A DNA stretch of 64,000 bases, from positions 5,642,001-5,706,000 of the forward strand of contig JBHGNT010000013.1 of NCBI GenBank assembly GCA_043228905.1, given 5' to 3'. A program made the position numbers and the translations under genes. Positions 48,107 to 61,500 of this stretch are shown piece after piece. Below the pieces are notes generated by a model, which was not told the DNA's origin, searched no databases, and saw nothing but the letters and a program-made list of their open reading frames with translations. The first letter of the stretch is position 1. The number at the start of each line of letters is the position of its first letter. Source of the DNA: Azolla caroliniana (lineage: Eukaryota; Plantae; Polypodiophyta).

Positions 48107-51100
48107 TGTTGGAAATATATCTCTCAAGTGGGAAGAGGATCCGACTGTCCAGAAGTTGCTGGCAGTCGATGACTAAGGGAAGAACCGACTGTTCGGAAAT
48201 AGCCGATAGTCGGAGAGTCGAAAATAGTGATAATGATGTGTAGCATAGGCTACATTTGTAAATAGCCCATACAGTCTATAAGTATAAATACACTTAGGGA
48301 AAAACGTTAGTTGTGTACATGTGAGGAACTATGTAGAGAGATAGTGAGTGTGAAGCAGTGCGTGAGTGGGAGATAGACACACAGAGAGAGTGGCGCCATA
48401 GCTTTGTGTAAAAAATAGCGTGCGGAAGCAAGTATAAAGACAGAACAGAAGGGAGAACACTCAGGTTTAATGGAGAGCTTAAGCTTACACGGTATACGCG
48501 GGAGAGACAGAGAGAGTGAGAGAGAAGACTCAAAAACTATATTCAATAATAATACTCAGTCTGTACATAAGACGTGCTCAGTGAACACTTTTATACAAGT
48601 CCTAGAAGGACTGACCGAAGTACTAATAGTACTTCAATGCTCATCAAGAGCTCCTACACTAACTCCCAGATATACTCCTCACGGAATATCTTTCCTAACG
48701 ACCTCCCGGTTTACGCACTCGACCTAACCGATTGGTCCCAACCGATCCGGTCCTCGACTTCTTCAACCGATCTAGCCGATGTTGAGCTTGTCTCTCAACA
48801 CTCCCCCTCAAGCTCAACTTGAGGCTCTTCGGGATCTTCACAGCGCCGGTTTCTCTTGGCTTCTTGCCTTGCTCGTGCTCCTTGACCTGTTCGATTCCGC
48901 GTGCTTCAACCCTTCCGGTCGGCTTGTCTGCTCATGCGGCCCTTATCAGCTCTTCTGTTGTTGCGGTGTTGACGCTTCTCATGCTGCCTTTTTTTTCACT
49001 TGGGCCTCGGTTGATTTAGCGTATCTGAATCAAACATCCGAACCGACTCGGCTACCTCCGATCGGTTTTCATTCTCGTCCGAGTTGGTTGTCTCCAACTC
49101 GTCTTCGGTCTTCTAGCCCTTGATGGCGTTATCTTCCCCACACGTGGTTGGCTTCGGCTCTCTCCTTCGGCTCTCTCCTTCGGCTGCTCCCCTTCTGTCC
49201 GCTTTCGGACTTTTCCGTGGGTCCACCCTTGGCTTCTTCAGCCGATCCGAAGTCAAACTTGACAACCGAGTCAACCGACTCGGACTCGGTGTCGCGGTCT
49301 CTGCTCCTTTCCTGTTGCCTTGCTTGGTCGTTCAGGACTGTTCTCCCCCTCAAGTTTGGCACGTCGAGGTGACACAATCTGAGTGCACCAGAGAATTGCC
49401 GCAACTTGTCCAGACCAAGAGGCTTTGTGAAGATGTCGGCACGTACTGAAGTTCGACCCGGAAAGGACACGTCAATGTGCTTGGTCTGTGCGTGGAATAC
49501 GGGGTTCTTCGCAAGCTGGATGCTGCTGAGGTTGTCGCAGTAGATCGTCGTCGGATCTGACACCTCCACCTGCAGGTCCTTAAGTAGCCGCTTCAACCAT
49601 ATGGCTTCGCATGTCGCGACAGCCGCTCCTCGGTACTCAACTTCGGTGCTCGACAGTGCAACTATCGGCTGCTTCTTACTGCTCCACACGATCGCGGCAC
49701 TCCCGAGGGAGAATGCGTATCCGGACGTGGATCGGCGATCGGCGGCGTTGCTAGCCCAATCAGCATCGGTGTAGCCGACTAACTGCACGGCTGCACCAGT
49801 CCGATATAGCAGTCCCCGGTCCTTAGTGCCGCTGACATACCGAAGTATGCATTGCGCACAGTGAAGGTGCTCCTCGGTAGGTCGCGCCATGAACTAACTG
49901 ATCACTCCGACCAGATAACTGAGGTCGGGTCGGGTGATGGTTGTCGGGTCGCATACCTTTCCCGTATCAGGACTAAGCTTGACAGTTCTGTCCAGAGGAG
50001 TCGAGACGGACTTACAGTCGGCCATCCCGAATTTGAAGAGCATACTCAGCACGTAATGACGTTGGCTGATCAATTTGCCTTCGGGGGTACGGATCACTTC
50101 GATCCCGAGGAAGTAATGAAGGTCCCCCAGATCCTTCATGTCGAACGATACCGCAAGCTGGAGCTTCACCCAATTGATTTCACCTAGGTCGACGCCGGTG
50201 ATGACCAAGTCATCAGCATATAGCAAAATACTAACCGGTCCGAGTCGACCTTTCCGGATGAACAGGGAAGAGTCCGATTTTGACGTGATGAAGCCCATCC
50301 AACGCAGTTGTTGCGTGATCTTCGCGTTCCAGGCACACGGGGCTTGCTTCAATCCGTAAAGGGACTTCTTCAGTCGGCATACTGCCGAGGAGTTCGTTCC
50401 GGAGTGAAATCCGGGGGGCTGTACCATGTACACCTGTTCCTCAAGGTCACCTTGCAGGAACACATTCTTTACATCCATCTGATGTAGGTGCCACCCCTTG
50501 GCCGCGGCTACGGCGAGCAAAACACGGACGGTCGTCATTGTGCCACGTGTGGTCGTCGATAAAGGAGACGAAATATCGGCTCCCGCCAAAACTAACGTTT
50601 TGTGGCGGGCCCCATACATCGGAGTGTATAAGGTCGACCTTGTTCCGGCTCCGATTTCGCTCGTTCTGGAAAGGAAGTCGGTGTTGCTTCCCGAGCAAGC
50701 AGGCTTCACAAATTTGTGCCTTTCAGCCACTAAATTTCGGCAATTTGAACACTACCTGTTTCGATTGGAGATCTTGAAGCCGCTGGTGGTTGACGTGGCC
50801 TGTCCGCTTGTGCCACAAGTCGATGTCCGACTCGGATTTTTGTCCCTTCGCGAACATTGCGGTGCCGCCGTCAGTGGAGTCGAGGATGAACATCCTCCCG
50901 TCTCTGCGCCCTTGCGCAATCACACGACCTTCTTCCTCAATGAAGCACCCGAGGTGTGTAAACCGAACCTCCATCCCTTGGTCGACGATCTGTCCGACCG
51001 AGACCAAGTTTTTCGTGATTGTCAGAACGTGCAACACGTTCATGAGTTTCCCTTTCTGCCCGACATGGCAAAGGGGAACATCTCCGACATTCGCGATCGG

Positions 51101-54100
51101 ATGCGGACTGTCGTCTCCAGTTGCGACTACTCCAGGTTGTATCGGATTTTCAAGGTACGAGAACCACTCCTTATGGCTCGTCATGTGGTTTGACGCGCCG
51201 GAGTCTACGTACGACACCTCGTCCGATCTCGGGGTGGTCTGTTTCATTGAGTTTGCTTCGTGTCTCGTCACGAAGGCAGTCCCTTCTCTGGCTCTCCCGG
51301 AGTCTTCGGCGTAGTGCGATCGCTGTCGATTTCCCTTGTCGTATGTATGGAGCCGTTCCCAGAACCAGTTCTCTCCGAATCGGCGCGCTTCTTCCAGCAC
51401 TCACTTTCCCTGTGGCCTTTCTTGCCACAGTACCAGCACTCCGCGATGGACTTCCCTTGCCGGTTCTCATCGCTTCGACTCCCCCTATTTCCAAAGAGTC
51501 CGGAGTTGCTGCCGGCATGACTTCGGTGCCTTCTTCCTTGATCTCGTCGGCCGCCTCCATTGCGCGCTGACTCGCCTCGTCCTCCACGTCCACGAGGCCT
51601 ATCTCCCTCCGTGTACAGCATTCTGTTGTCGGTGTGCGTGCTTGTAGACGCACCCGCGTGGTTCTCCTCTACCAGGAGCATCGACTGTAAGTCGAAAAAG
51701 GACGGCGTATTCTCCCGGGTACACACAGCCGTTTGGAACGCTCCGAACTTCGACGCCAAACCTCCGAGACAGATCTGGACCATCTCGCTCTCCTCGATGT
51801 TCACCTCTATGGAGGCGAGGGAGTCACAGATATCCTTGATCTTCGAGGTATAGTCCGCCACCGACAAGTCGCGTTGTCGTAGGTTGCTCAAGTCCTGTCG
51901 GAGCTGAAGCTTCCTGGCTGTGGTGCTCGCGGCAAAAATCTTCTTCAGATTTTCCCACGCACCCTTCGGCGTCTTTGCATCCTGAACATAGCTCAATAGT
52001 TGTTCGCCCACACACGACGCGAAGCAGTATAATACCCTGCTCGCCGATTGCTCCCACGACGGAAAGTCTTTGTGTCTCGATTCGGGTGCCGCGTCATTAG
52101 CTCCTTCGACATAACTCCAGTAGCCATGCCCGAGCAGGTAGTGGTGCATCTTGTAGGACCAAGACACGTAGTTGGTTCTGTCGAGCTTCTCTGTTGGAAG
52201 CGAGCTCGCCATGCCTCTATCCATCGTTCTTCTTGTTCTTCTTCGTCAAGCTGTGTCGGCTGCAGAGAGGTTCTCAACCCTCACGCTCTGATACCATGTA
52301 AAAAATAGCGTGAGGAAGCAAGTATAAAGACAGAACAGAAGGGAGAACACTCAGGTTTAATGGAGAGCTTAAGCTTACACGGTATACACGGGAGAGACAG
52401 AGAGAGTGAGAGAGAAGACTCAAAAACTATATTCAATAATAATACTCAGTCTGTACATAAGACGTGCTCAATGAACACTTTTATACAAGTCCTAGAAGGA
52501 CTGACCGAAGTACTGACAGTACTTACTTCAATGCTCATCAAGAGCTCCTACACTAACTCCCAAATATATTCATCACGGAATATCTTTCCTAACGACCTCC
52601 CGGTTTACGCACTCGGCCTAACCGATCGGTCCCAACCGATCCGGTCCTCGGCATCTTCAGCCGATCCAGCCAATGTTGAGCTTGTCTCTCAACACTATGT
52701 GCATAACAGCAGACGCCAAGAGCCCTGTGTGGCTGATTCACTCAAAGGAGTGTTGTAAAATTCTGTGTTGTATATCCACTATACATAGTGAAGTTTTGTT
52801 CCCGTGGTTTTCTCTCGGTTTTTAGGGTTTCCACGTTAAATCTCTATGCACCATTGTTGTCCTGTTATCTGGCATATCTGTGATTCGTATTTCAGCACCA
52901 CTCGCTTATTGTGATTTCACCGAATGATTTCTCCACAAACTGGTATCAGAGCTTGAGGTTCAAGCATGGAAGGAGGTGTGAGCGATTTCATAGGTATGAT
53001 AGTTCTAAACTCACAAAAGTATGCAGATTGGAAGATAAAGATGGAAGACCTTCTTATCGTGAAAAACCTTTATGAGCCGGTTGACAGAGCTGATATACCC
53101 CATGGGGGGGTATTGGAGTTGGATTAGAAACTTCTAAATACAAATGCAGTGGTCAACATCTGACAGTGCGTCGACGTAAGTGTCCTTCAGGATGTGGCGA
53201 ACGACACAAATGCCCACGAGATGTGGCATAAGCTATCGGGTCTGTATGAGAGGAAGAACGCGCTAAATAAAACCTCGCTGATGAGAAAAATCGTAAGGCT
53301 GAAATATAGAGACGGTGAGAGCATCGTCGAACACATCAGCACGTTCATGGGGTATGTAAACCAGCTTGATGATGCCATGCAGGCCATCTTGCTGATGTGT
53401 ACAATGCCAAATAGCTGGAAGAACCTGGTGGTTACTCTCAGTACCTCTTGTCAAAAAGAGAACTTGTCTTTACAAACACTAAAGACAAGCATCCTGAATG
53501 AGGAGGCAAGAAGGAAGGACAAGGGAGTCTTGCCCTAGTCAGAGTCAAACGTGACTCAACATTGGGACAAAGGAAGGGACCGGCGAAGAAGAACGGACAA
53601 AACCCACACCAAATCGAAGTCCAGAGGTAAGCCTGTGTGCTTCTATTTTGGAAAACCTAGACACTTCCAGAAGGACTGCTGACGCATGAGAAAAGACAAG
53701 AGTGTCGGAAACATTGTCGAACCGAAGAAGATTCCTGATGACAAGAACACTTTGGCCATTGCTATGAGCAATGAGGAACTTCTGTTCATTTGTGAACAGA
53801 CAAGTACAAATCTTGCTAGTGAAGAATGCACTTGGTTGATCGACTGTAGCGCATGTTTCCACATAACTCCGTCGAGAGAGTATTTCTCAACTTACATAGC
53901 CAGGGATCATGATTATGTAAAGATGGGTGATAGTGGACAGTGCAAGATAGCCAGAGTCAGAAGTATCTGCTTGACGATGTCGACAAGGTGTCAATTGACT
54001 CTGAAGGATGTTCGACACGTCCCCGATATCATATTGAATCTGATATCAACTGGAAGGTTAGATAACAAAGGCTATAGTGGCAACTTTCGAAATGGCAAGT

Positions 54101-55406
54101 GGAAGTTCTGCCGAGGAAATCTTATAGTTGCCCGAGCATAGAAAGAAGGCACATTGTACATGATGCATGCCCGACTATGCAAATCGGAAGTAAATGTGGT
54201 AGCCGACTTGGCAGGTGAGATATGGCATAAGAGGCTAGGTCACATGAGTGAGAAGGGAATGCACATGCTAGCTGACTAGAAACTTCTACCAGAAGTCAAG
54301 GGAGTGCACCTAGAGAAGTGCGTTGACTGCTTAGCCAGAAAGCAAAAGAGGGCGGCATTCCACTCAAGAACACCAAGAAGAAAAGAAGCTCCACTAGAAC
54401 TATGTTGATGCTCTATCGCATCGAGGTGGGCAGTACTTTGTGACATTCATTGATGACTATAGTCGGAAAACATGGGCCTTCGTACTGAAGTCGAAGGATC
54501 AAGTACTGTCGTTTTTCAAGGAGTTCCAGGCAAAGGTCGAAAGTAAAAGGCTGTCCGAACCGACAATGGTGGCGAGTATAAGGGGCAGTTCGAGGAATAT
54601 TGCAAGAGCAAAGGTATTTGAATCGAATACACAGTGCCAAAGACCCCAAAGTTGAACGGACTTTCAAAGAGGATGAATCGAACAATCATAGAGAGAGTAA
54701 GGAGTATGCTTTCTCATGCGAAACTGTCAAAATCCTATTGGGTTGAGGCGATGTACACAATTGTTTATCTTATCAATAGGTCTCCCTCAGTGCCATTAAA
54801 GGGTGATGTTCCACAAAGGGTGTGGACTGGAAAGGATGTCTCTTACCAACACCTAAGGGTGTTCGGATGTTTGGGGTATATGTATGTACCGAAGGATCAG
54901 AGGTCAAAGCTCGACAGTAAGTCGAAAGCATGCATACTCATGGGATAATCGAAAGATGAGTTCGGCTACAAGCCGTGGGACATAGTCGAGAAGAAGGTAG
55001 TGAGAAGTCGGGATGTAGTCTTTCTTGAAGATAAGACGACTGAAGACTGGAAGCAACAAAAGTTGGAACCGACTCCCCAATCAACCTTGACTACCATCGA
55101 CTTAAGGCCTAGTGAGTCGTCACTGACAGCTATAAAGAGACAACTGGCTGACAGAGCCGAATCTGAGTCAGTCGACTTGGAGAGACGAACTGACTATGCG
55201 TCAAAATTGGAAGACCTGCTAAAGTCAATTGATGAATATGAGTTGGAGTTGTCCAACCTAGAGATGCCGATTGATGAGAAAAATCCCGAGCAGAGAGAAG
55301 AGTTGGCAAAGACATCTGAAAGAGCGCCAACAACGAGTGGAAGAAGATACCCACTCAAATAAAGGAAAGCAACGACTACATATGCCAGTCAATACATCCT
55401 CTTCAC
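48107..55406 (+). mobile_element. Degenerate Ty1/copia element G (Tnt1/Tork-like), 5' half; LTR split by F, body cut by C
   Basis: LTR 48107-52937, PBS TGGTATCAGAGC near 52940, gag, WLIDCSA protease, integrase to ~55050. Confidence 0.87.
48407..52694 (-). mobile_element. Ty1/copia element F (Copia-2 family), internally deleted
   Basis: LTRs 48407-48800 and 52297-52694, TSD CTTTG/CTATG, PBS 52285-52296, PPT 48801-48810; jump from integrase to RT near 50540. Confidence 0.94.
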
Positions 55407-55874
55407 TGTTTTCCAGTCGGCAATCACTATATTGCCAACGCAGTATAAGTCGAACATTGCTTACCGAACGTTCTATCAATTAGTTGTGGTTAGACGAATA
55501 GATACTAAGTAGTTGTAAACTTATCGATGGCAAACAGACATCCAGATCGTTATCTATGTAATACAGTTCTGACAAAAAGGAAAGAGATAGCCAAGACGCT
55601 TCGTACACAGAGATTTCCTAACTAAACTTTATATTACTAAATAAATGATAGATTTTTACAATGCCTTTGGTTCCTTTTATAGGTAAGCCGAAGGCCTTTC
55701 TCATCAAGAAACCTACTGCCATAATTGGCAAGAATTACAAAATTTATAACTAACTATACTTTCTATTTTAATTTTAATTCGGCATTTGCTGACTCATCGA
55801 TCCGCTATACCGATCCGACTCCGATCCTTCTTCATTTCCGACTCCGACGCTTGCCCACCTGTCTGGGTAACTCT

Positions 55875-55915
55875 TGGCACACCCGTGGGCCAGGTCCTTG
55901 CCCGGCGAACCCACA
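55875..55915 (-). other. tRNA-Arg-like 3' half at the PPT position of C
   Basis: Element strand TGTGGGTTCG-CCGGGCAAGGACCTGG-CCCACGGGTGTGCCA, 2 nt before 3' LTR. Confidence 0.78.
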
Positions 55916-55924
55916 GTAACCCTT

Positions 55925-58501
55925 CTATTCCTGCTGGTCTGAAGGAAGATCCTTGTCTAATTCATCCTCTGAAGTGTCCTCCTGCAGAATATCAAACAAT
56001 GAAGGTTCATGTTATTGCTCGTGTTCGTCGCCTTCGTTTTCGTCTTCATCGTTGTCGTCGTCTTCTTCTTCGTCTTCCCCAGACCTGTTTGTATCTTTTG
56101 TCGATGGTCTTGGTTCTTATATTTCCGGTGCTCTGAGTCCTAGAGTTGGCATCGTTGTTCAACTGCAAGGTTGTCTAAATGGACAGCGGAATTGACATCA
56201 TGCTTGTCAAATTCTTGCGTGATTCGACTAGCTTCTTCTCTATGAACAACTGCCATCTCATATAAATCCTTACCAATATCCTTCTGGATAGTTGATATTG
56301 CCTCATCTGTCATCTTAAAAAATCCTTGGCCTTGAGCTTTCCTATTTTCCTTGTCGACACGTAGCAACTCAAGTTCGGCTGATTGAGCCGACCAGGTTTT
56401 CCAACCTTTATCCATTGACTCATTTACCATTTTCAAAGTATTAATCCTGTGGCGCTTGAAGATAGCTCTGACCTTCTCCTGACTTATACTTGCCCGAAAT
56501 TGTTCAGCTGCCAATGTTTTCCATAAATCATTAATCTATGCATTACTTTCTGCCTCTTTTTGCAATAGTTTTTCTGGTGCAATTAACAGGTCAAGTCGCC
56601 TCCGTTCGGACATAGCCTATACTTCTGAACACCGTCTTTCCAAAGTTAGCCTAGCCAATTCCCATTCCTCTTGTTGTCGATTATATTTTTCATTGGTTTC
56701 TTCCAGCAGTTTGTCTTTCACAGCCAATTGCTTTGTAAAACACGTCTCTTGGATTTTGACATATTCTTCCAATTCTTCGATATGTTTGGCATTCTGTCTT
56801 GTGGTTTCCTGTTGCTGCACTAACTGTTGGTGTAATTGTTGAATCAAATTATCTTTAGCTTCTAGCCATTTTTCGACTTCTGTCTTTGGCAACTACAATC
56901 GATCCTCTATTTTCTTGGATCTGGTTTCCGCATCCTCAGCCCGATGTTCTGCCTCCTTGCGTGTTGTTTCTGCTTGTTCCAACTTCTGTTGTAGTTCCGG
57001 ATCCGACCCTAAGGGTCTGCTTACTGACTCTTGTTGCAACATTTCTTCTCTTGTTACCTGCAGTTGATCTTGTGCTTGTTGCATTTGTTCTTTCAACTGT
57101 TGGTTTTTTGCTTGTACCTGTAAACATTGTGCATTAAACACATCTGATGTTGTTGTTGCCTTTTTGTACAAATCAGCCATATCCTTGGTTGCTCGGCTAG
57201 CCCTTTCATATTCTCGATGAACTTCAACCAAAGCCTCATGTAGTGGTGGCATCTGGATAGCCTCGCCTTTGTTCTTCGCGTTGTGTTGTCGACCGATTCG
57301 ATCTACTTCTTGTTGTTCTTTTGGTTCGACAACTCCACTTAACGATTTTTGGATCATTATTTGATCCCAGTGCTGTTGTGCCATTCTTTCAGACACTTCT
57401 TGTAATCTTCTGGTTAACTATTCTACTAATTCATACGATGTTCCGAATTGTAAAATGGCCGCTAGCTCATGTGCTGTTGGAGGAATGTCGGAAAAGCCTA
57501 CTGCTTCTCGCACCGTTGCCATTGACGACTGCCCCTTCTGAATTCTAGTCGTGTCATCGGGATTGACATGAGGTAATTGTGTGGTCTAAGGAACTTGGTC
57601 ATCGGTTCATTGTTTCTTCTGTGTAGGCTCCTCTTGTTGGGTTTGAAGAAAGTGTTGAGCTTTTTGTTTTACCCTTAGCGGTCATTGTCTTTGTTGCTCG
57701 ACAGGTGTTGATTCTTGTTGTTGCGACCGCGGTGGTGTGGTTGTCTTGATGTCTGGTTGTTGCTCAAATTCTGGCCGTGTTGTGGCCGGTTATTGGTTGG
57801 GCACCTATTGAGTTGTCGACTCTTGATTTTGAGTCGATTCAAATTCCGATTGTTGTTCAAATTCTGTTTATCGATCAGGTTCTGGTTGCGTGGTTTCGAC
57901 ATGTGTTGATTCTTCCTCCCGTTGTACTTGACATTCGGGACCCTTGTTGCCGTGGTGGCCTTTGTTCCTCTAGTCGGTTTTCCGATCTCTGAGTCGGAAA
58001 TAACACCGACAACCAATGAGCAAATATTGGCTTCATTGGTTTCCCTTTTTGTACCCCATACAACTGCTCTTGTAACTCTTCTGCCGACAATAACCCCCAA
58101 TCGAGCACTTCATCCTCATATGTGGCGATAATGAATCCAACCCTCTTTTTGGGCATACAATAAAACCGGCGACTAACAAACCCTACTTCCAAAAAAATTT
58201 TAGCAACTTCTTGAAAAAATTCGTCCCTACCTCCTTGTGTTTGGTAAGCTTTAGCAGAAGACGAATATTAACCAAAACACGACCTTAGAGCATCTTTGTC
58301 CAACTTCTGCACAACATCAACTCCTTCCCTTCTCAATTCCAAAGCAACTCGTACCTTCTTATTAGTGATTTTCGAGATGTCAATTCTCTACAGAAGGTCC
58401 TCAGCGCGTGGGTGCGGCTCTGCTGCCGCAACTTTGATGTAATCCTGCAGGTTCTTGCTGACGAGCCATTGTCGCAAGTTATCAGAAACAGGAATTGGCA
58501 T
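55925..58501 (-). pseudogene. Element C extra ORF
   Basis: AYQTQGG, IATYEDEVLDW, HWLSVLFP and LRVDKENRK match A AYRTQGG, IATYEGLQVDW, QWLTVLVP and LRADAENRR. Confidence 0.82.
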
Positions 58502-61500
58502 GTTATCTTCATTGATTACCGACTTGTCGTTCTGTGGTGGAGGCGAAGAAAGTTTTAAGCTATGGCGAGGAAAAGCAGAAAATTTCTCAGCATGAATACG
58601 CTTCTGTCTCTATAGTGAAACAGACGTTGCAGAACTAGGTTTTAAGGAAATAACTCGTTTCATGATGCCTAGGGAATATAAATAGATACTATAAATGTAG
58701 CTAATTACTAGGAGTAATATTAAAGTAATACAGCAGGAATAACAATAATGACAATTAATTGCATGCCTTCACTCCCTCTTTTTTTATAGCCTTTGTAAGT
58801 CTTTCCCAAGATTCCCTTTTTGACATCTAGTTGTCTTTTACCAAGAAAATATTCTATAGTTAGTTAGTTTTTATTTTTTTTAATTTTTTTTTAGGTGTGA
58901 CGTATGCTACATCACTTCTCTTCTGATTCCACTTTGAATGGGTTTTTTGGCATTTCTCCGTGATACGGTTTAAGCCAGAAATCATTTATCCATTTGGCTA
59001 AAATCTCACTTGATAAAGTTCCTACTTGATACGTCCAATTTTTGTTGTTCACTATCCAAACCGGTCCTGTCCATCTGAACCTAAGTTTACCAAGCATAGC
59101 CCCCATCTTGGTTTGGAATACGTACGGGTTTGCCGATTCCGAACTGTGCTTCAGTCTTACGTCGGTGATAATTTACAAATGCTTTTTTCTGTCTTTGCTT
59201 ATGTTCTAAATCAGACATGGCTTGTATTCGTTCTTCTTCTAACATCAATAAGGCTTCTTTCCGAATTTGCTTTGACTATAATTCGTTTAATTTTTCAGTA
59301 GCTTGTATTCGGAGTGTCCGAATCTGGAAATCGATTGGCATTACAACTTCTAATCCAAAAGCCATTCGGAAAAGGTGTTGATTTAATAGATGTTTTGTAG
59401 CATGTCTGATATGCCCATAAAGCACTATTAAGCTTTTGATCCCAATCTGTACGATTCTCATAGACTATCTTTTTGAGTATTGTCTGTAATGTTTTATTTG
59501 TCGACTCCGCTAATCCATTTGCTTGCGGATAGTAAGGACTGTTTTTCATATCAACGACTACATAATATGTGGACAACTCATGAACAATTTTGTTAATGAA
59601 ATCCGTACCTTGATTGCTTACTAATTCTATTGGACAGTCGAATCAACACCATATATTTTCGTAAAAGAATTTTGTTGTTGATGCTGTCGTATTATCTCTA
59701 AGAGCCTTAGCTTCCACCCACTTTGTGGAGTAATCTATGGCGACTATAATGTAATGATTACCTGTTCGTACTGCTGCCGGTTTAAATGGGCCGACAAAAT
59801 CCAAACCCCAATTTTGGAAAGGTTTCGAAGGTAACACAGGTTGGAAAGGCATTCTGTCTTTTTTTGTAGGTTGCCCCATTCTTTGGCATAGATCACATTT
59901 CTGATAATAGTCAACGGCATCTTTCATGACTATCGGCCACCATAAGCCACTATTCCATATTTTTCAGGATGTTGTTTCACCGGCATAATGACCTCCTACA
60001 ATGCCACAATGTGATTCCTAAAGAATGACCAATTTCTCAAATTGTCGTACTGCCCTTCTCCAAATTCCATCTGCACCTTTATGATACAGAGTGTCGTTCA
60101 AAAGACAAAAATTCCAACTCCGAATGGCTAACCTTTTCCTCTCATTCGTTGACAGATGCTTAAGTGGCATCCCTGTTGTAAGAAAGATTGTCATTTCTGA
60201 GATCCAAGCATCCTCGCTTTCTTCATTTATTTCCTATACGTTTACTGCTTCCATTTGAAAAAGCTGTCCATCCGGAAAATCGTCTTTTACACCTGTGCCT
60301 TCTTCTCCCGACTCCAGTCGGTTGAGATAATCAACCACTGCATAATGTAATCCTAGCCTATGTCAAATGTCGAATTCAAACTCTTGGAGTAATAGCGTCC
60401 ATCTTGCCAACTTACCAGTTAATTCTTGCTTAGAGACCAAATAAAGAAGAGCCGAATGATCGACATAAAATATAAACTTTTTACCCAAAAGATAGTGTCG
60501 AAATTTATTGACACTATAAATCCTTCGTAAGGCTTCCCTCTCAGTTGTAGAATAATTCCTTTCTACTGTCGAGAGTTTCCGACTAGCATAATATATTGGT
60601 CTGTACCAGTTCGGCTCGGCTAACTCCATCAGTGCACTTCCGATTGCTATATCCGATGCGTCGACGAACACGTGGAATGGTTTATTCCAGTCAGGTGGTT
60701 GAACCACCAGAACCTTGGATAGCATTTTCTTGACGCATTCATACGCATCCTGCTGCACACTTGTCCATTGAAAAGGAACCTTGTGCACTGTTGTGTGTAA
60801 AGGAATAGCTACATCCGCAAGATATCTTATCATTCTAATATGCCATCTAATCTGACCTAAGAACCGACTTAGAGCTTTGGCATTTGTAGGTGTCGGTGCT
60901 TCTAGTAGTGCTCTGACCTTGTCTGGGTCGACTGCAATTCCTTCTTGGCTGACGATATGGCCTAACAATGTTCCACTAGTCACATCGAATGCACATTTTG
61001 CCGCATTCAAACTAAGCCGACCTTTCCGACATTGCTCCAAGCATAGTCGTAAATGTTCAAAATGTTCGGATTTCCGACTATAAACTACAAAATCATCCAG
61101 GAAGACTTGATAAATGCAGGAATGTAATCTGCAAAGATTTCTTGTATAACCCTTTGAAATGTGGCTAGAGCTATTTTCAATCCGAACATCATTACGACCA
61201 CCACAAACACTCCTCATTCTGTAACAAAAGTCGTCTTCTCATGATCCTCCCGATGCATCCTTACCTGATTATAACCACTAAATCCATCAAGGAAACTATA
61301 CATTTCATGGCTAGCTACTGCATCCAATATACCATCCGTGAATGGTAATGGGAATGCATCCGTAACCGTTGCTGCATTAAGTTTTCGGTAGTCAACACAG
61401 ACCCAAAATTTCCCATTTTTCTTCGGAACGACTATGATTGGACTTAACCAGGTAGATTTTTTCCCTGGACGAATAAACCCTACTTTTAGAAGTTTATCTA

